A stretch of DNA of 64,000 nt from an uncultured Patescibacteria group bacterium (GTDB lineage: Bacteria; Patescibacteriota; Microgenomatia; UBA1400; PJMF01). Below the pieces are notes generated by a model that was not told where the DNA came from, made no database searches, and worked only from the letters and a program-made list of their open reading frames with translations. Position numbers and translations under genes: made by a program. The stretch is from assembly GCA_905478415.1 (NCBI GenBank), contig CAJQIG010000004.1:139523-203522 (forward strand), given 5' to 3'. This document shows, one piece after another, positions 38,330 through 48,951 of the stretch; position 1 is the stretch's first letter, and every line of letters begins with the position of its first letter.

Positions 38330-41300
38330 TTAGTTTCCTCTTCCTAAAAATCCAAAGGCTGCACTTAGATTTGTAACAACTAGGTCGAGAGCATTTTCTG
38401 TAGCCTTTGGTGTAATCACCACTTTATCTAGGGAAAGAGCCTCATTCCCAAAGCTATCTTTAGAAATTGCTCTTAAGTGATATACCTTGGCGGGAGAAAG
38501 TTCAGAAATAACCACCAAGTGATGACTGGTGAAACTGCCATCTTCCTGTGTTTTCTGTGAATACGAAGTTCCACTGCCTTCACCAAACTCAATCTGGGCA
38601 GTGGCAGCTTCGTCGGTCTTGTATGAAACAACTAATTGCGCGGTGGCTTCTTCACCTGTGCCTAAAATTTCTGTATCAACTTTTAAGTCACTTATCTGTG
38701 GCGGGCGAGTATCAGCAGAAGTAGAAACTTGTTGCACTTCGCCAGCAGCTTCATTTCCTGCGGCATCTTTTCCTTTGACCACAAGTGCATAGGTTGTTTG
38801 TGGCTCAAGATCATATAAAACCATTTGGTGTTTACCACTCTTGAGAGCAATGTTAACTTCGTCTTTGGCAGCACCTGGAGCCACAACTGGATAGTAGGTG
38901 ATAACTGAACTCACTTGTGTATTTGAGTTCCAAGTTACCAATAGCGTTGAACGAGCAGTTCCTTTAACCTGGTTTACCTTGATATTAGAGAGTCGCGGTC
39001 GAGGTAAAGTCGTAAAGGAATGAATTTCTCCCTCATACTCTTCGCCTTCTGAATCAAAAGCGTTAATTTTATAGTAATATTTTGTACCATCAGTGAGTTC
39101 TTTGAGTTGTACAGTGTAGGTCCCTTCACCTGTACCAGTCACCACATCCTCAATCCCACCAAAGGCTGATGACTCCCCATAGTAAATTCGCACTCTACTG
39201 GCATTCTTGGAAGTAAATTGTACCAAGGCAGTATCGAGACCAACTGCCTTAATTACTGGTTCTTCTGTCGAAGGTGGTGGTTGGGTCTCGAAGGTCATTT
39301 CATCTGAAGAACCAGTGTTACCATCTTCGTCAGTCCATTTAGCAATGTAGTAGTAGGTCGTCCCAGGACTCAAGTTAGACATCTTCAAAATATGTGATGT
39401 CACATGCTCGGAGTTAGAGACCTCTTCGTCAAAGTAATCTCCTGCCCCTAACCCATAGGCAATTTTTGAATCTGCCGTACGACCCGTTGACCAAGAAATG
39501 GTAGCTTTTCTAGTCGTAATATCTGTTTCTGTTGGAGCAGATGTCAACTCTGCCGGAGTCACAAATTTACCATCTGGGTAAAGAGTAACTATTTCAGAGA
39601 AAGCTCCACAGTTATTAGTACTGTCACAAGCCTTAACTTTATAATAATAAATCTGTTGCGTTAACCCCACGTCTACATAAGAGATACCACCACTTGTGGC
39701 AATTTCTGCAAACGAAGTTCCATCGATTGAACGATAAATAGAGTAACTGCTAATAGCTTCTGGGTTTGAAACATTTTCTGCTGGAACTTCCCAAGAAAGA
39801 GCTAACTTCCATGAGCTCGTACTCTTCACAGATACGTCAGCAATATCTATATTTAATGGAATTCCTGGAGCAGAAGTATTGGCACTAAAAGTAACTTGCT
39901 CATAGTTACTATAGTTGATGTTGCCCGCTTCATCTTTAGTCACAATATAGAAGACATTATCTCCAGGTAAAGTAGCGTACGCTCCTGCATTAAGATAGGT
40001 CAGGCTGGTTGAAGAAGTACTCTGAACTGTTGGTAGTGCGTTGATACTATAATAGTAGGATAAATTTGATTCAGACCCATAAAATGTCCCCGTTGCCGGT
40101 GGTGTCCACGAAAATGCAAATGAATTATCAGTGTTTGTTGCCGGTGCCACTTGCACATTCTGTGGCGGAGCCGGAGCATTGGCACTATCTACATAGTAGT
40201 ACTGTGTCGTTGCATAACTACTATAGTTACCACCAGCATCCTTAGTGCGAACAGAAAAAGTATTGGCACCAACCTTGTGTGATGGAATAGCTGTCACAGC
40301 CGTACTTGCCGTACACTGATCGACGGAGTAAGCACCAGCTGAAGCTCCAGTTTTGTAGCAGTACTCCGTAACTGGGGCCCCACTAGCAGTAGCCGTATCC
40401 CAAGAAAAATCAAAACTATCTATGGCGCTATATCCAGATGGATCTGAAGTCACACTTGTTGGAGCAGAAGCCGGCTCGGCATCATACTTATAGATAAATG
40501 GCTGCCAGGTTGTTGCTGAGAAATTACCAGCATCATCAACAGTCTTGATTCTTAAGTAGTACGTTGAGCCATTCACCAAACCACTGGCAGTGTAATCAGA
40601 AGTTGTTTGTAAAGTGCCATCAACTTCTGGATCAGCACTAACATTCGTCCCAAAATACACATAGTATCCTGCCACACCTGAGCCAGAAGTTGTATCCGAA
40701 GCACCATTTGTGGCTTCTGCTTCTGGCCAATCAAAGTATGGTGCTGCGTGTCCATACCAAGTTCCAGAAACAATTGCATCTCCTGGTGAGTTGTCACTAT
40801 AGACTGAAAGACCCGCATTTTCTGGGTTTGTTGGTGCAGATGTATCTTTATAATAGTTAATGGTGTAATCATTAACTATTGTTGAAAGGACCCCATCCGA
40901 CGAGGTTAACTCAAACTTGACTTCAATATATTGATTTGCAGGTGAGTTAATTTTATATGAGTAAGTTGTTCCGGTTTGCTTTTCGGCTGACACGGCTGTC
41001 CAAGATGACCAAGCGCTCGCATCTGCCGAGCTTCGCGTCGTAATCGTTATACCCGTGTTGCTTGCCTCAGCCATCACAACGTCTAAACTTGCCCATTTAT
41101 AAACACTTGTTAAATCATGAGTCTGAGAAGTATAGCTTCCAGATTCTTTAAAACCAGAAGTAGCTGTATCCATCACATAAGTATAGATGCCATCTCTGAT
41201 ACTATTTGTGCCTGATCCAGATAGCATATAAATTTTATTAGACCCATTACTTTCGCCCGCCCCCCCAGCGTAAATTCTAGCAGGTGCATTATCTAACTGA

Positions 41301-44300
41301 GTCCAAGTGTCACCTGAGACTGAGTACTTAAAGAAGTCGTTATCATTTTCTCCCCGAGCCGCATAGAAATTTCCATCACCGCCATCAGCTAAAAATCCAT
41401 CATTATAGACATCTATGCCAATGTTGCTAAGTGTCGACCAACTGTCCGCACCAATATCGTAACGATAAAAAGGATTATTAGCCGCGTTTTGACCACGAAG
41501 TGAATAGATATAACCACCATTTAAAAGCAGCTCAGCTCCATACCCTAAACCAGCTGGAGCATTTGTCATTGATGACCATTTTGCACCACTTGATTCCTGA
41601 GTGTCAAAACGGTAGAAAGATGATGAATTAGCACCTCTATTTAAATAAATATATTGTGAACCATCATAGACCATCGAAGAACCATAGTTTGGAGCCACCG
41701 GAGGCGAATCTGCAGACTCCTCTGACCATACATTAGTAGCAATATCATAGACATAAAATCTATTATTATAACTACCACCCGTATAGTAGATTTTGTTATT
41801 TGTACTTTCGTATACAAGCGAAGAGCCATTGTAAGCACCTGAGGGCAATGAAGCCATCGTTGTGGTAGTTCCTGTCGATTGATTCCATCTAACAAATGTA
41901 TCAGAGTAATTTCCACGAACTAAGTAGAAATTATCTCCATCTCCCTTGGCAATATCTGAACCATAGTATTCAGTTGTATAGGTAGTCCCCTGGAAAGTTC
42001 TACCAAACAAACCTCCTGTTGGAGTCAACCAGCTATCTTTTGCGATATCATACTTATAAAAGGAAGTAGTATTACCTCCACGAATTGCGTAGAAACTAGT
42101 ACCAACTAGCTTCAGCGTTCCACCATAATAAAAAGTAGCTGGGGCAGAAGATTTTTGCGTCCATGTCTGTGAACCAACATCATACTGATATAGTAAATCA
42201 GAGTAATATCCCGGCATGTAAAAGATTGACTGGGTCGTTGGATCAAATTCTATAGAAGACCCATAATACGGAAGAGCTGGCAAATCAGTGAGAACTGTCC
42301 ATTCGTTGGTATTAACGTCATATTGAGAAAAACCATCTCGCAAATTTCCTTGCGTTACATACACCACTTCATTCGCTTGATCCATAGCGATATCAGCACT
42401 CACATAAGCATTATTATTTATTGCATCACTCGTGGCCCCAAAATCTAGAGTTGCCAGTGATTCCCACGAGTCAAAGCTGGTGTCATATCTCCAAAAAGCA
42501 TCGTCATTATTGCCTCTCATTACATAGATATATTGAGATCCATCGTAAATCATGGATCCTCCATATCGAACAGTGAGCGGTGTATCGACAGCATCCTCAT
42601 CACTCCATGTATCAGTTCCAATGTCATATCGCCAAAACGAAGTGTAGTTATTCCCTCTCATTCCATATAAGTACCCTGAAGGACCTTCGATAACTCCCCC
42701 TCCCATACGCACAGATGCTGGAGCTGCTGCTTTTGATGACCAGGTATCTGTATCAATATCATATGAATAAAAAGTGGTTGAGTTATTTCCTCTGAGAGCA
42801 TACAAATCATTGTTGTCAGCATCATAAGCCATGTTTTTAGCACCATACTGCATGCTCCCTGGGGTAGAGCTAATTGTTTCTTCAGCCCAAAATCCACCTG
42901 ACTGACTACTCAACTTAATTTGATCACTACTCACTACTGTATCGGTAGCTGTTCCAGTAAAATCACTGGTATCACTTACAACTAAACTTTGTGCAGGCGA
43001 AACACCACCATAACCGTACTCAAAGAGAGTGGTTCCAGCACTCACATTACCAGCCGTGTCTTTTGTTTTAATACGCAAATAATAAGTTCCTGTAGAAAAT
43101 GGTTTTGTTGTTGGATACGTTGTAGTTGTCTGGTAATCTCCATTGATCTCGGGGTCTGCTAAAACATTTGTACCGAAATACACATAGTATCCTGCCACGG
43201 CACTATCAGCATCAGTGGCTCCACTCCAAGAAAAATGAGGAGCAAGGTGGCGATATGTTTGACCACTCGTCAGTGATGATCCCCCAATTTCCTGAGAAAG
43301 ACCAGTGATGGTATCTGGATTTGTTGGTGCAGTGGTATCACCCGCATAGATAACAGTAATATCCTTTAAGATTGGCGTATCAGCCAAATCAGTTGATGCT
43401 ACTAATACTGCTCTAACCTTCAAATATTGTTGTGGAGTAGATGTAATCGTTGTTCCACTAACAGTTTGCCATGCATCCCAATTAGTACCATCACTACTCG
43501 ACTGTGTTTGATAGGTGACCGAAACATCTGAAGGCGTTGTAGCGGTCCCAACCAACGAAGTCCATGATGAAACGTACCCTAAATCTTGAACTGTTGATTC
43601 CCAAGTACCTGTAGACACATAGTTTGATCCAGAAGCCGTAAATTCAAGCAAATCAGCCAAAGCCCCACCACGGGTAACATAAAAGGTTCCAGCTCCATCA
43701 TTCTCTATCGATCCCCCCGTGTAAGTTCCTAAATTTTGAGCTCGATATCCTGCAAATGAAGGTAGTTTTCTCCAACTATCACTGCTAATGGTGTATTCCC
43801 AGAAGTCAGTCCCATACCAGCCAGTGGTAGCATAGATTTTTCCATTGTAGTAAGAGATATCTGCTCCATAATAGGGAGCAAATGGAATGCTACCCACTTC
43901 CGACCATGTGTCAGTACCAATAACATATTTATACATTCGAGCAACACCTGCACCTGCAGTGTAATACAAATCAGTTCCGTCTGTAGTTAAGCGGGCACCA
44001 TAACTGGCTCGTGCATCAGTTGGCAAATCTGAAATAGCTTCCCAGCTATCCCCAGAGATACTATATCGCCAAGCTGTATATTGGAAGTTTCCCCTGGTTG
44101 CATAGATATAATCTCCACTACCTGGATAAGTAAGTGTTCCACCATATCGAACCGAAGACGGAGCATCTGCCATCGTTGACCAAGTATCACTCCCAGGAGT
44201 GTACCTATAAAAGGTAGTAGTATTAGAACCCCTAAAGAAATAGAGGTTTGCACCAGCGACTACTCCCTTCGTATCATCATTGAAACTTGCCGGTACAGTC

Positions 44301-45460
44301 GACAAGGTTGCCCAACTGTTAGCCGTAACATCATACGAGTAGAAGGTAGTAGAACCACCACCTCGGGGAACATACAATTTACTCTGATAATATAAAAGAT
44401 CGGAACCGTTATTCAAAGTTGCCGGAGCATCTTCAGGTCCTACAAACGCATCTGCGGCAATGTCATATTTCCAAAAATGATATTGACCATTTCCTCTAAA
44501 CGTATAGATGTAACCATCACTAGCATTATAAACAACGCCTCCGTAGTAGGTAGTAGCCGGTAGGTCAGTTAAAGTTGACCAAGAATTTCCAGAAATACTA
44601 TATTTATAAAAAGTAGTCGTATTGTAGCCTCGAGCAACATATATATCTGTTCCATCAGTCGTAATATTAATGTCGTCATACATAGAAGATGGGATTAAGG
44701 CCATTGAGGACCAAGTGTTGGTTGAAATGGTATATTTGTAAAAATTTCTTTGGTTAGATCCGCGCGGAGTGTAAAATGCTCCATCATTATAGATGAGATC
44801 AGCTCCTCTACGAACTGTTGCCGGTGTCCCTGCCATTGGGGACCAACTATTGGTATCTACATCATAGCGATAAAAATCTTGACTGGTATTTCCCCTTAGT
44901 GCATAGATGTACGTACCATCTGTAGAAATACTTCCACCTTCGTAGACTAGGTCAGGAATATCTTGGAGAAGTTCCCAGGTGTCAGTTGTCGGTGAATATC
45001 GAGCAAATGTAGTCTGGTATCCACCAAAAATTGCATAGACATATCCATTAAAGTACTCAAAGTCAGCACCATAGTAGGTACCATTTGGTAAATTAGCCAA
45101 ATCTGTCCAAGTATCAGTGGCCGTTGCATATTTCCAGAAACGAACATCACCATACCCTCGAGCAGCATAAATATCTGTGCCATCAGAGGCAAATGCAGAA
45201 CCAACACTCAGCGGTAAGTCAGGACTCTTCCAGCTACGTGCTCCCCAGCTACCTGTTGAATCTAGCTCTACTTGACCTTCCAGCACCGAAGTATCAACTT
45301 GGGTTTTAGTACCGCTATCCCAATCAGAACCAGTTGTAAACTGTATACTTGTGGCTAGTACAGGGTTACTTGAAAGAAGAAAAGTAACACAAAAAAGCAC
45401 AACCAATACTAATGGCCTCCAGCTTTTGTACAATGAGCGGGTCCTTTGAAAGAGCTTCAT
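38330..45460 (-). CDS. giant (2376 aa) secreted/surface protein with >30 Kelch-like beta-propeller blade repeats and C-terminal Fn3-like domains
   Basis: signal anchor; recurring ~45-aa units (...Y.YD..T.TWS.L...P...YGG...Y.G.IY..RG....FY.Y...); Fn3-like YYYKVKACDSTNNCG. Confidence 0.75.
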   Translation of the reverse strand: MKLFQRTRSLYKSWRPLVLVVLFCVTFLLSSNPVLATSIQFTTGSDWDSGTKTQVDTSVLEGQVELDSTGSWGARSWKSPDLPLSVGSAFASDGTDIYAARGYGDVRFWKYATATDTWTDLANLPNGTYYGADFEYFNGYVYAIFGGYQTTFARYSPTTDTWELLQDIPDLVYEGGSISTDGTYIYALRGNTSQDFYRYDVDTNSWSPMAGTPATVRRGADLIYNDGAFYTPRGSNQRNFYKYTISTNTWSSMALIPSSMYDDINITTDGTDIYVARGYNTTTFYKYSISGNSWSTLTDLPATTYYGGVVYNASDGYIYTFRGNGQYHFWKYDIAADAFVGPEDAPATLNNGSDLLYYQSKLYVPRGGGSTTFYSYDVTANSWATLSTVPASFNDDTKGVVAGANLYFFRGSNTTTFYRYTPGSDTWSTMADAPSSVRYGGTLTYPGSGDYIYATRGNFQYTAWRYSISGDSWEAISDLPTDARASYGARLTTDGTDLYYTAGAGVARMYKYVIGTDTWSEVGSIPFAPYYGADISYYNGKIYATTGWYGTDFWEYTISSDSWRKLPSFAGYRAQNLGTYTGGSIENDGAGTFYVTRGGALADLLEFTASGSNYVSTGTWESTVQDLGYVSSWTSLVGTATTPSDVSVTYQTQSSSDGTNWDAWQTVSGTTITSTPQQYLKVRAVLVASTDLADTPILKDITVIYAGDTTAPTNPDTITGLSQEIGGSSLTSGQTYRHLAPHFSWSGATDADSAVAGYYVYFGTNVLADPEINGDYQTTTTYPTTKPFSTGTYYLRIKTKDTAGNVSAGTTLFEYGYGGVSPAQSLVVSDTSDFTGTATDTVVSSDQIKLSSQSGGFWAEETISSTPGSMQYGAKNMAYDADNNDLYALRGNNSTTFYSYDIDTDTWSSKAAAPASVRMGGGVIEGPSGYLYGMRGNNYTSFWRYDIGTDTWSDEDAVDTPLTVRYGGSMIYDGSQYIYVMRGNNDDAFWRYDTSFDSWESLATLDFGATSDAINNNAYVSADIAMDQANEVVYVTQGNLRDGFSQYDVNTNEWTVLTDLPALPYYGSSIEFDPTTQSIFYMPGYYSDLLYQYDVGSQTWTQKSSAPATFYYGGTLKLVGTSFYAIRGGNTTSFYKYDIAKDSWLTPTGGLFGRTFQGTTYTTEYYGSDIAKGDGDNFYLVRGNYSDTFVRWNQSTGTTTTMASLPSGAYNGSSLVYESTNNKIYYTGGSYNNRFYVYDIATNVWSEESADSPPVAPNYGSSMVYDGSQYIYLNRGANSSSFYRFDTQESSGAKWSSMTNAPAGLGYGAELLLNGGYIYSLRGQNAANNPFYRYDIGADSWSTLSNIGIDVYNDGFLADGGDGNFYAARGENDNDFFKYSVSGDTWTQLDNAPARIYAGGAGESNGSNKIYMLSGSGTNSIRDGIYTYVMDTATSGFKESGSYTSQTHDLTSVYKWASLDVVMAEASNTGITITTRSSADASAWSSWTAVSAEKQTGTTYSYKINSPANQYIEVKFELTSSDGVLSTIVNDYTINYYKDTSAPTNPENAGLSVYSDNSPGDAIVSGTWYGHAAPYFDWPEAEATNGASDTTSGSGVAGYYVYFGTNVSADPEVDGTLQTTSDYTASGLVNGSTYYLRIKTVDDAGNFSATTWQPFIYKYDAEPASAPTSVTSDPSGYSAIDSFDFSWDTATASGAPVTEYCYKTGASAGAYSVDQCTASTAVTAIPSHKVGANTFSVRTKDAGGNYSSYATTQYYYVDSANAPAPPQNVQVAPATNTDNSFAFSWTPPATGTFYGSESNLSYYYSINALPTVQSTSSTSLTYLNAGAYATLPGDNVFYIVTKDEAGNINYSNYEQVTFSANTSAPGIPLNIDIADVSVKSTSSWKLALSWEVPAENVSNPEAISSYSIYRSIDGTSFAEIATSGGISYVDVGLTQQIYYYKVKACDSTNNCGAFSEIVTLYPDGKFVTPAELTSAPTETDITTRKATISWSTGRTADSKIAYGLGAGDYFDEEVSNSEHVTSHILKMSNLSPGTTYYYIAKWTDEDGNTGSSDEMTFETQPPPSTEEPVIKAVGLDTALVQFTSKNASRVRIYYGESSAFGGIEDVVTGTGEGTYTVQLKELTDGTKYYYKINAFDSEGEEYEGEIHSFTTLPRPRLSNIKVNQVKGTARSTLLVTWNSNTQVSSVITYYPVVAPGAAKDEVNIALKSGKHQMVLYDLEPQTTYALVVKGKDAAGNEAAGEVQQVSTSADTRPPQISDLKVDTEILGTGEEATAQLVVSYKTDEAATAQIEFGEGSGTSYSQKTQEDGSFTSHHLVVISELSPAKVYHLRAISKDSFGNEALSLDKVVITPKATENALDLVVTNLSAAFGFLGRGN

Positions 45461-45660
45461 GAAGTGTTTTTATACTGTTATATATCCTAAGATATAGTCT
45501 TTGTTCCTTAGATAACTACTCTTTTAAATATCTCACAAATCTCACCCCATTCATAGAGAAACAAACCCGAATACAGATCGAGAAAATTATTAACAGCTAC
45601 AAATCACTCTTCGCTTTTCCTTTGGCATCATTCATGCACTGAACGTACAATAAGCACTAT

Positions 45661-46443
45661 ATGAAAAAACAATCTCACAACTATGTACTGATCACGGGCG
45701 GCTCAAAAGGTATTGGCTCTGCCTTGGCACAACAGTTTGCGCAAAGAAATAATAATCTGATCTTAGTTGCTCGTTCAAAAAAAGAGCTAGCTATCACTGC
45801 AGAAAAACTCATTACAACATATGATATAACCGTTAAAATTTTTGCTTGTGATCTGAGCCTTGCTACTGCAGTTTCATCGTTAGTTTCTTTTCTAAAAAAA
45901 GAGAACTGTACTGTCACAACTCTTATTAATAATGCTGGCTTTGGAAATCTTTCTGCATTCGCAGCTGCTGATACAACAAAGCTTATCGAAATGATCCACG
46001 TCAATATAACCGCTCTAACCCAGCTAACCCGAGAGCTTCTTCCTGCCATGCTGCAAAAAAAACAAGGACATATTGTAAATATTGCCTCTACTGCTGCGTT
46101 TTTGCCAGGCCCCTACATGGCTGTCTACTTTGCAACTAAAGCATATGTTCTTTCACTTGGGGAAGCACTGGCTGTGGAGCTTGAAAATACTGGCGTCTCC
46201 ATAACGACCATCTGTCCTGGACCAACTGAAACAAATTTCAGCAAGAGAGCATCTAACAAAAATATCTCCTTCTTTGAAAATGCTATGTCTGTTGATGCAG
46301 TTGCTACTCAGGCTTATAAAGCTATTTCAAAAAGAAAAGGAACCTTTATTCCCGGTTTAAAAAACAAACCTATAGCCCTGTTGAGTAAACTGATTCCAAG
46401 AAATATACTTGCCAAAATTGTTGGTAGCATCCAGAGAACCTAA
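45661..46443 (+). CDS. SDR-family short-chain dehydrogenase/reductase
   Basis: TGGSKGIGSA Rossmann motif; YxxxK (YFATKAY). Confidence 0.85.
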   Translation: MKKQSHNYVLITGGSKGIGSALAQQFAQRNNNLILVARSKKELAITAEKLITTYDITVKIFACDLSLATAVSSLVSFLKKENCTVTTLINNAGFGNLSAFAAADTTKLIEMIHVNITALTQLTRELLPAMLQKKQGHIVNIASTAAFLPGPYMAVYFATKAYVLSLGEALAVELENTGVSITTICPGPTETNFSKRASNKNISFFENAMSVDAVATQAYKAISKRKGTFIPGLKNKPIALLSKLIPRNILAKIVGSIQRT

Positions 46444-46525
46444 AAAATTAAACTACTCAATTACCACCTGAGCATCAAGCACCTTAACTCCTGTTGCATT
46501 CATATCAATTATACTCCGAACTAGG

Positions 46526-48196
46526 GTGGGGTTAGTAAATCTGGGACAAACTGAGTTGGGCCCTCTATATCATTCTATTTTTAGAAATCTCGAAACAAAT
46601 TTTCATAAAATGTTTTATACTAGTGTCCGTATGTCACAAGAACAAGAAAAACCAAACACCGGCCTTCATCTACTCAACGAACATTCATTTTCATCAGAGT
46701 TCTCGATAACTGAACAAGACTTGAATGCAGAACGTGCCTATGCTGAACGCAGAAGAAGACAGATTGAAAACTGCGCCCGCCCATTAGAAATACGAGTAGA
46801 TAACTATGTCACTGCCATACAGTCCCAAGCTCTACTTATCAATGACACCCGTAACGTAGGGGACCTTGAATCACTTGAAATTTTGGAAGATCATTTAGCT
46901 GGCACAAGTGAGGCCGGTAAGACTCCAACCAGAGATATCAATACTGAAACATGGAAAAATCCTTATATCAGAGCTGTCTTTAAAAACATGCAATTCGAAA
47001 ATCAAACAGGTCTGTTGACTCTTATTCTCGACTCTCAGTATGCAGACATATTGCTAGATGAAGCAGATAAAACGAATATCACAACCGAAAAAGATGCCTA
47101 TTTATTCTTACTGCAACTTACGTTTGGTTGGCTCCTCAACAAAACAAAAGCAATAACCTTTGACCAATCAGGAACGTCTATTTCTGTCCAAAAAATTGAT
47201 CGTAGTGGAGTTCCGTATGTCACTCACTCTCTTGAGGTAGTTGATGCTGCACTTGGACTCAAAGTCCTGTCTGTAGTAGAAGTCCTAACCGCACTTCTCC
47301 ATGATATTAAAGAGAAAGGTGCAAAATTCAACTTTAATCTTGAGACATTCGTCTATGAAGTATTTGCTATTACCCTCGAGGATTTTGAGAAACGACTCGG
47401 AGCTCTGGGAACATTGCTTTCAGTTACTGTTGATATTCTCACAGAGATGGAACTCGGTGATACATACGATCAAAGACTAACACCTGAAGAAAAAGAAGCT
47501 GCCTTTGGAAACAACTATGAAGGAAAAATGTCGGCTGAAGAACGAGCAACAGCTGAAACGGCTGTCAAAAATGATTTACTCAGTTCTGACTCAGAGTATG
47601 CGAAAGAAATACTGCAAAAACTAAGTACTGAAGCTCGGTTTGGTCGAACCGAAGAACTACTTTTTAGAAAAACAGGTGAGTTCGGTAATCTCGCTTACGG
47701 GATCAGAACCTTCGTCGAAAAATTAATTGCACTTCACAGCGGTGAATTTGCTGATAACCTTGAGGCCCAAACAGTTATCATCGATACCCTCATCAAGCCA
47801 ATTCTAACTACTGAGGTTTTAGATCGATTTAAATCTGATGTTGCCACTTTAGCAAAACGAACAACTGAAAAAATTTCGAGTGGAAAATGGCAAGAAATTG
47901 ATGTGGTTGCCTACTTTGAAAGACTAGACAACTTTATGTTTGAGATACTCGCTGCTCTCAAAATTACTGGGCTCGCTGAGGAATACTCGACCATGATTCA
48001 AAGTTCTCTTGCAAACATCCAACTTGCAAAAATTGATGTATTTGCCAGTACTGGTATTGAAGTTACGCAAAAAAAGATTGAAGCGTTTAGAAAAATTCGA
48101 ACGATTGTGCACCCACACTTTGTTACAAAATATACTGATCAAAAAGTTTCTGAAAAGATTGCTACCGTTCTCCCTATTTTACGTAACCTACGGTAA
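46526..48196 (+). CDS. large protein containing RelA/SpoT-like HD hydrolase motif (true start possibly internal Met)
   Basis: YVTHSLEVVDAALGL...LTALLHDIKE resembles SpoT HD domain (H...HD). Confidence 0.45.
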   Translation: MGLVNLGQTELGPLYHSIFRNLETNFHKMFYTSVRMSQEQEKPNTGLHLLNEHSFSSEFSITEQDLNAERAYAERRRRQIENCARPLEIRVDNYVTAIQSQALLINDTRNVGDLESLEILEDHLAGTSEAGKTPTRDINTETWKNPYIRAVFKNMQFENQTGLLTLILDSQYADILLDEADKTNITTEKDAYLFLLQLTFGWLLNKTKAITFDQSGTSISVQKIDRSGVPYVTHSLEVVDAALGLKVLSVVEVLTALLHDIKEKGAKFNFNLETFVYEVFAITLEDFEKRLGALGTLLSVTVDILTEMELGDTYDQRLTPEEKEAAFGNNYEGKMSAEERATAETAVKNDLLSSDSEYAKEILQKLSTEARFGRTEELLFRKTGEFGNLAYGIRTFVEKLIALHSGEFADNLEAQTVIIDTLIKPILTTEVLDRFKSDVATLAKRTTEKISSGKWQEIDVVAYFERLDNFMFEILAALKITGLAEEYSTMIQSSLANIQLAKIDVFASTGIEVTQKKIEAFRKIRTIVHPHFVTKYTDQKVSEKIATVLPILRNLR

Positions 48197-48248
48197 CTAG
48201 TCAAAAAATCACCGTGCTTGTATAATAAAGATACTCAAAATAGAACCA

Positions 48249-48521
48249 TTGGTTCAGAAAGACAACATGCCAACCAAAAAAACTAAAGCCAAAACTGAGT
48301 CCTTCAAAGTCGATGGGGAAATGCTCCTCAAAAAAGTCAAAGACTTAATTAGAGAAGGCAACGTTCGCAGAATAAAAATTATCGATAAAAGTGGGAATGA
48401 GCTGATTGTGCTTCCATTAACCCTCGGCGTCGTTGGGGCCCTACTCGCTCCTCCACTTGCTGCCGTCGGAGCTATTGCCGCTTTAGTGACTGAGTGTACT
48501 ATTGTGGTTGAAAGAGAATAG
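48249..48521 (+). CDS. DUF4342-family small protein
   Basis: ...REGNVRRIKIIDKSGNELIVLPLTLGVVGALLAPPLAAVGAIAALVTECTIVVER. Confidence 0.55.
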   Translation: MVQKDNMPTKKTKAKTESFKVDGEMLLKKVKDLIREGNVRRIKIIDKSGNELIVLPLTLGVVGALLAPPLAAVGAIAALVTECTIVVERE

Positions 48522-48525
48522 TTTT

Positions 48526-48951
48526 TTACAAGCGAAATTTAATTGAGATCCATTTGCCATACGATGACTGGGTATCTGAGCCATGTCTGGTTCCTGGCTT
48601 GACCATAAAAACAGAAGCCGTCTTTGTTTTTGCTATTGGTGTACCTAAACCAGCATATACACTCTCACCTTCTGTAATAATTATTTCGCTGACACCTTCA
48701 GCTCCATGATCGTGTTCTATAATCCGACCTTCTGTTCGTCCATACTTGGCATCAATAGCTTGTAGCCACACGCCAACAATTTGAGGAGAACTCTCTTTGT
48801 TAGAATATATGGTATCTGAGCTGAGTAAACCCATATGAGGACCAGAGGCCGCCAATAATTCCAACTTTTGTAAAAAAATATCTTCTAGTTGTGGAACAAC
48901 TCCCAAATCAACTTGGCATTTTTCTTTGATTATTTCTTTGAGGGTAGTCAC
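48526..48951 (-). CDS. hypothetical protein
   Basis: ORF, 4-nt overlap with upstream gene. Confidence 0.4.
   Translation of the reverse strand: MTTLKEIIKEKCQVDLGVVPQLEDIFLQKLELLAASGPHMGLLSSDTIYSNKESSPQIVGVWLQAIDAKYGRTEGRIIEHDHGAEGVSEIIITEGESVYAGLGTPIAKTKTASVFMVKPGTRHGSDTQSSYGKWISIKFRL

Noticed and set aside
38529-45309. Many 60-100-aa ORFs on both strands inside the giant gene
   Set aside because: They are alternative-frame artefacts within a 7.1-kb continuous ORF with a strong repeat structure. None has independent support.
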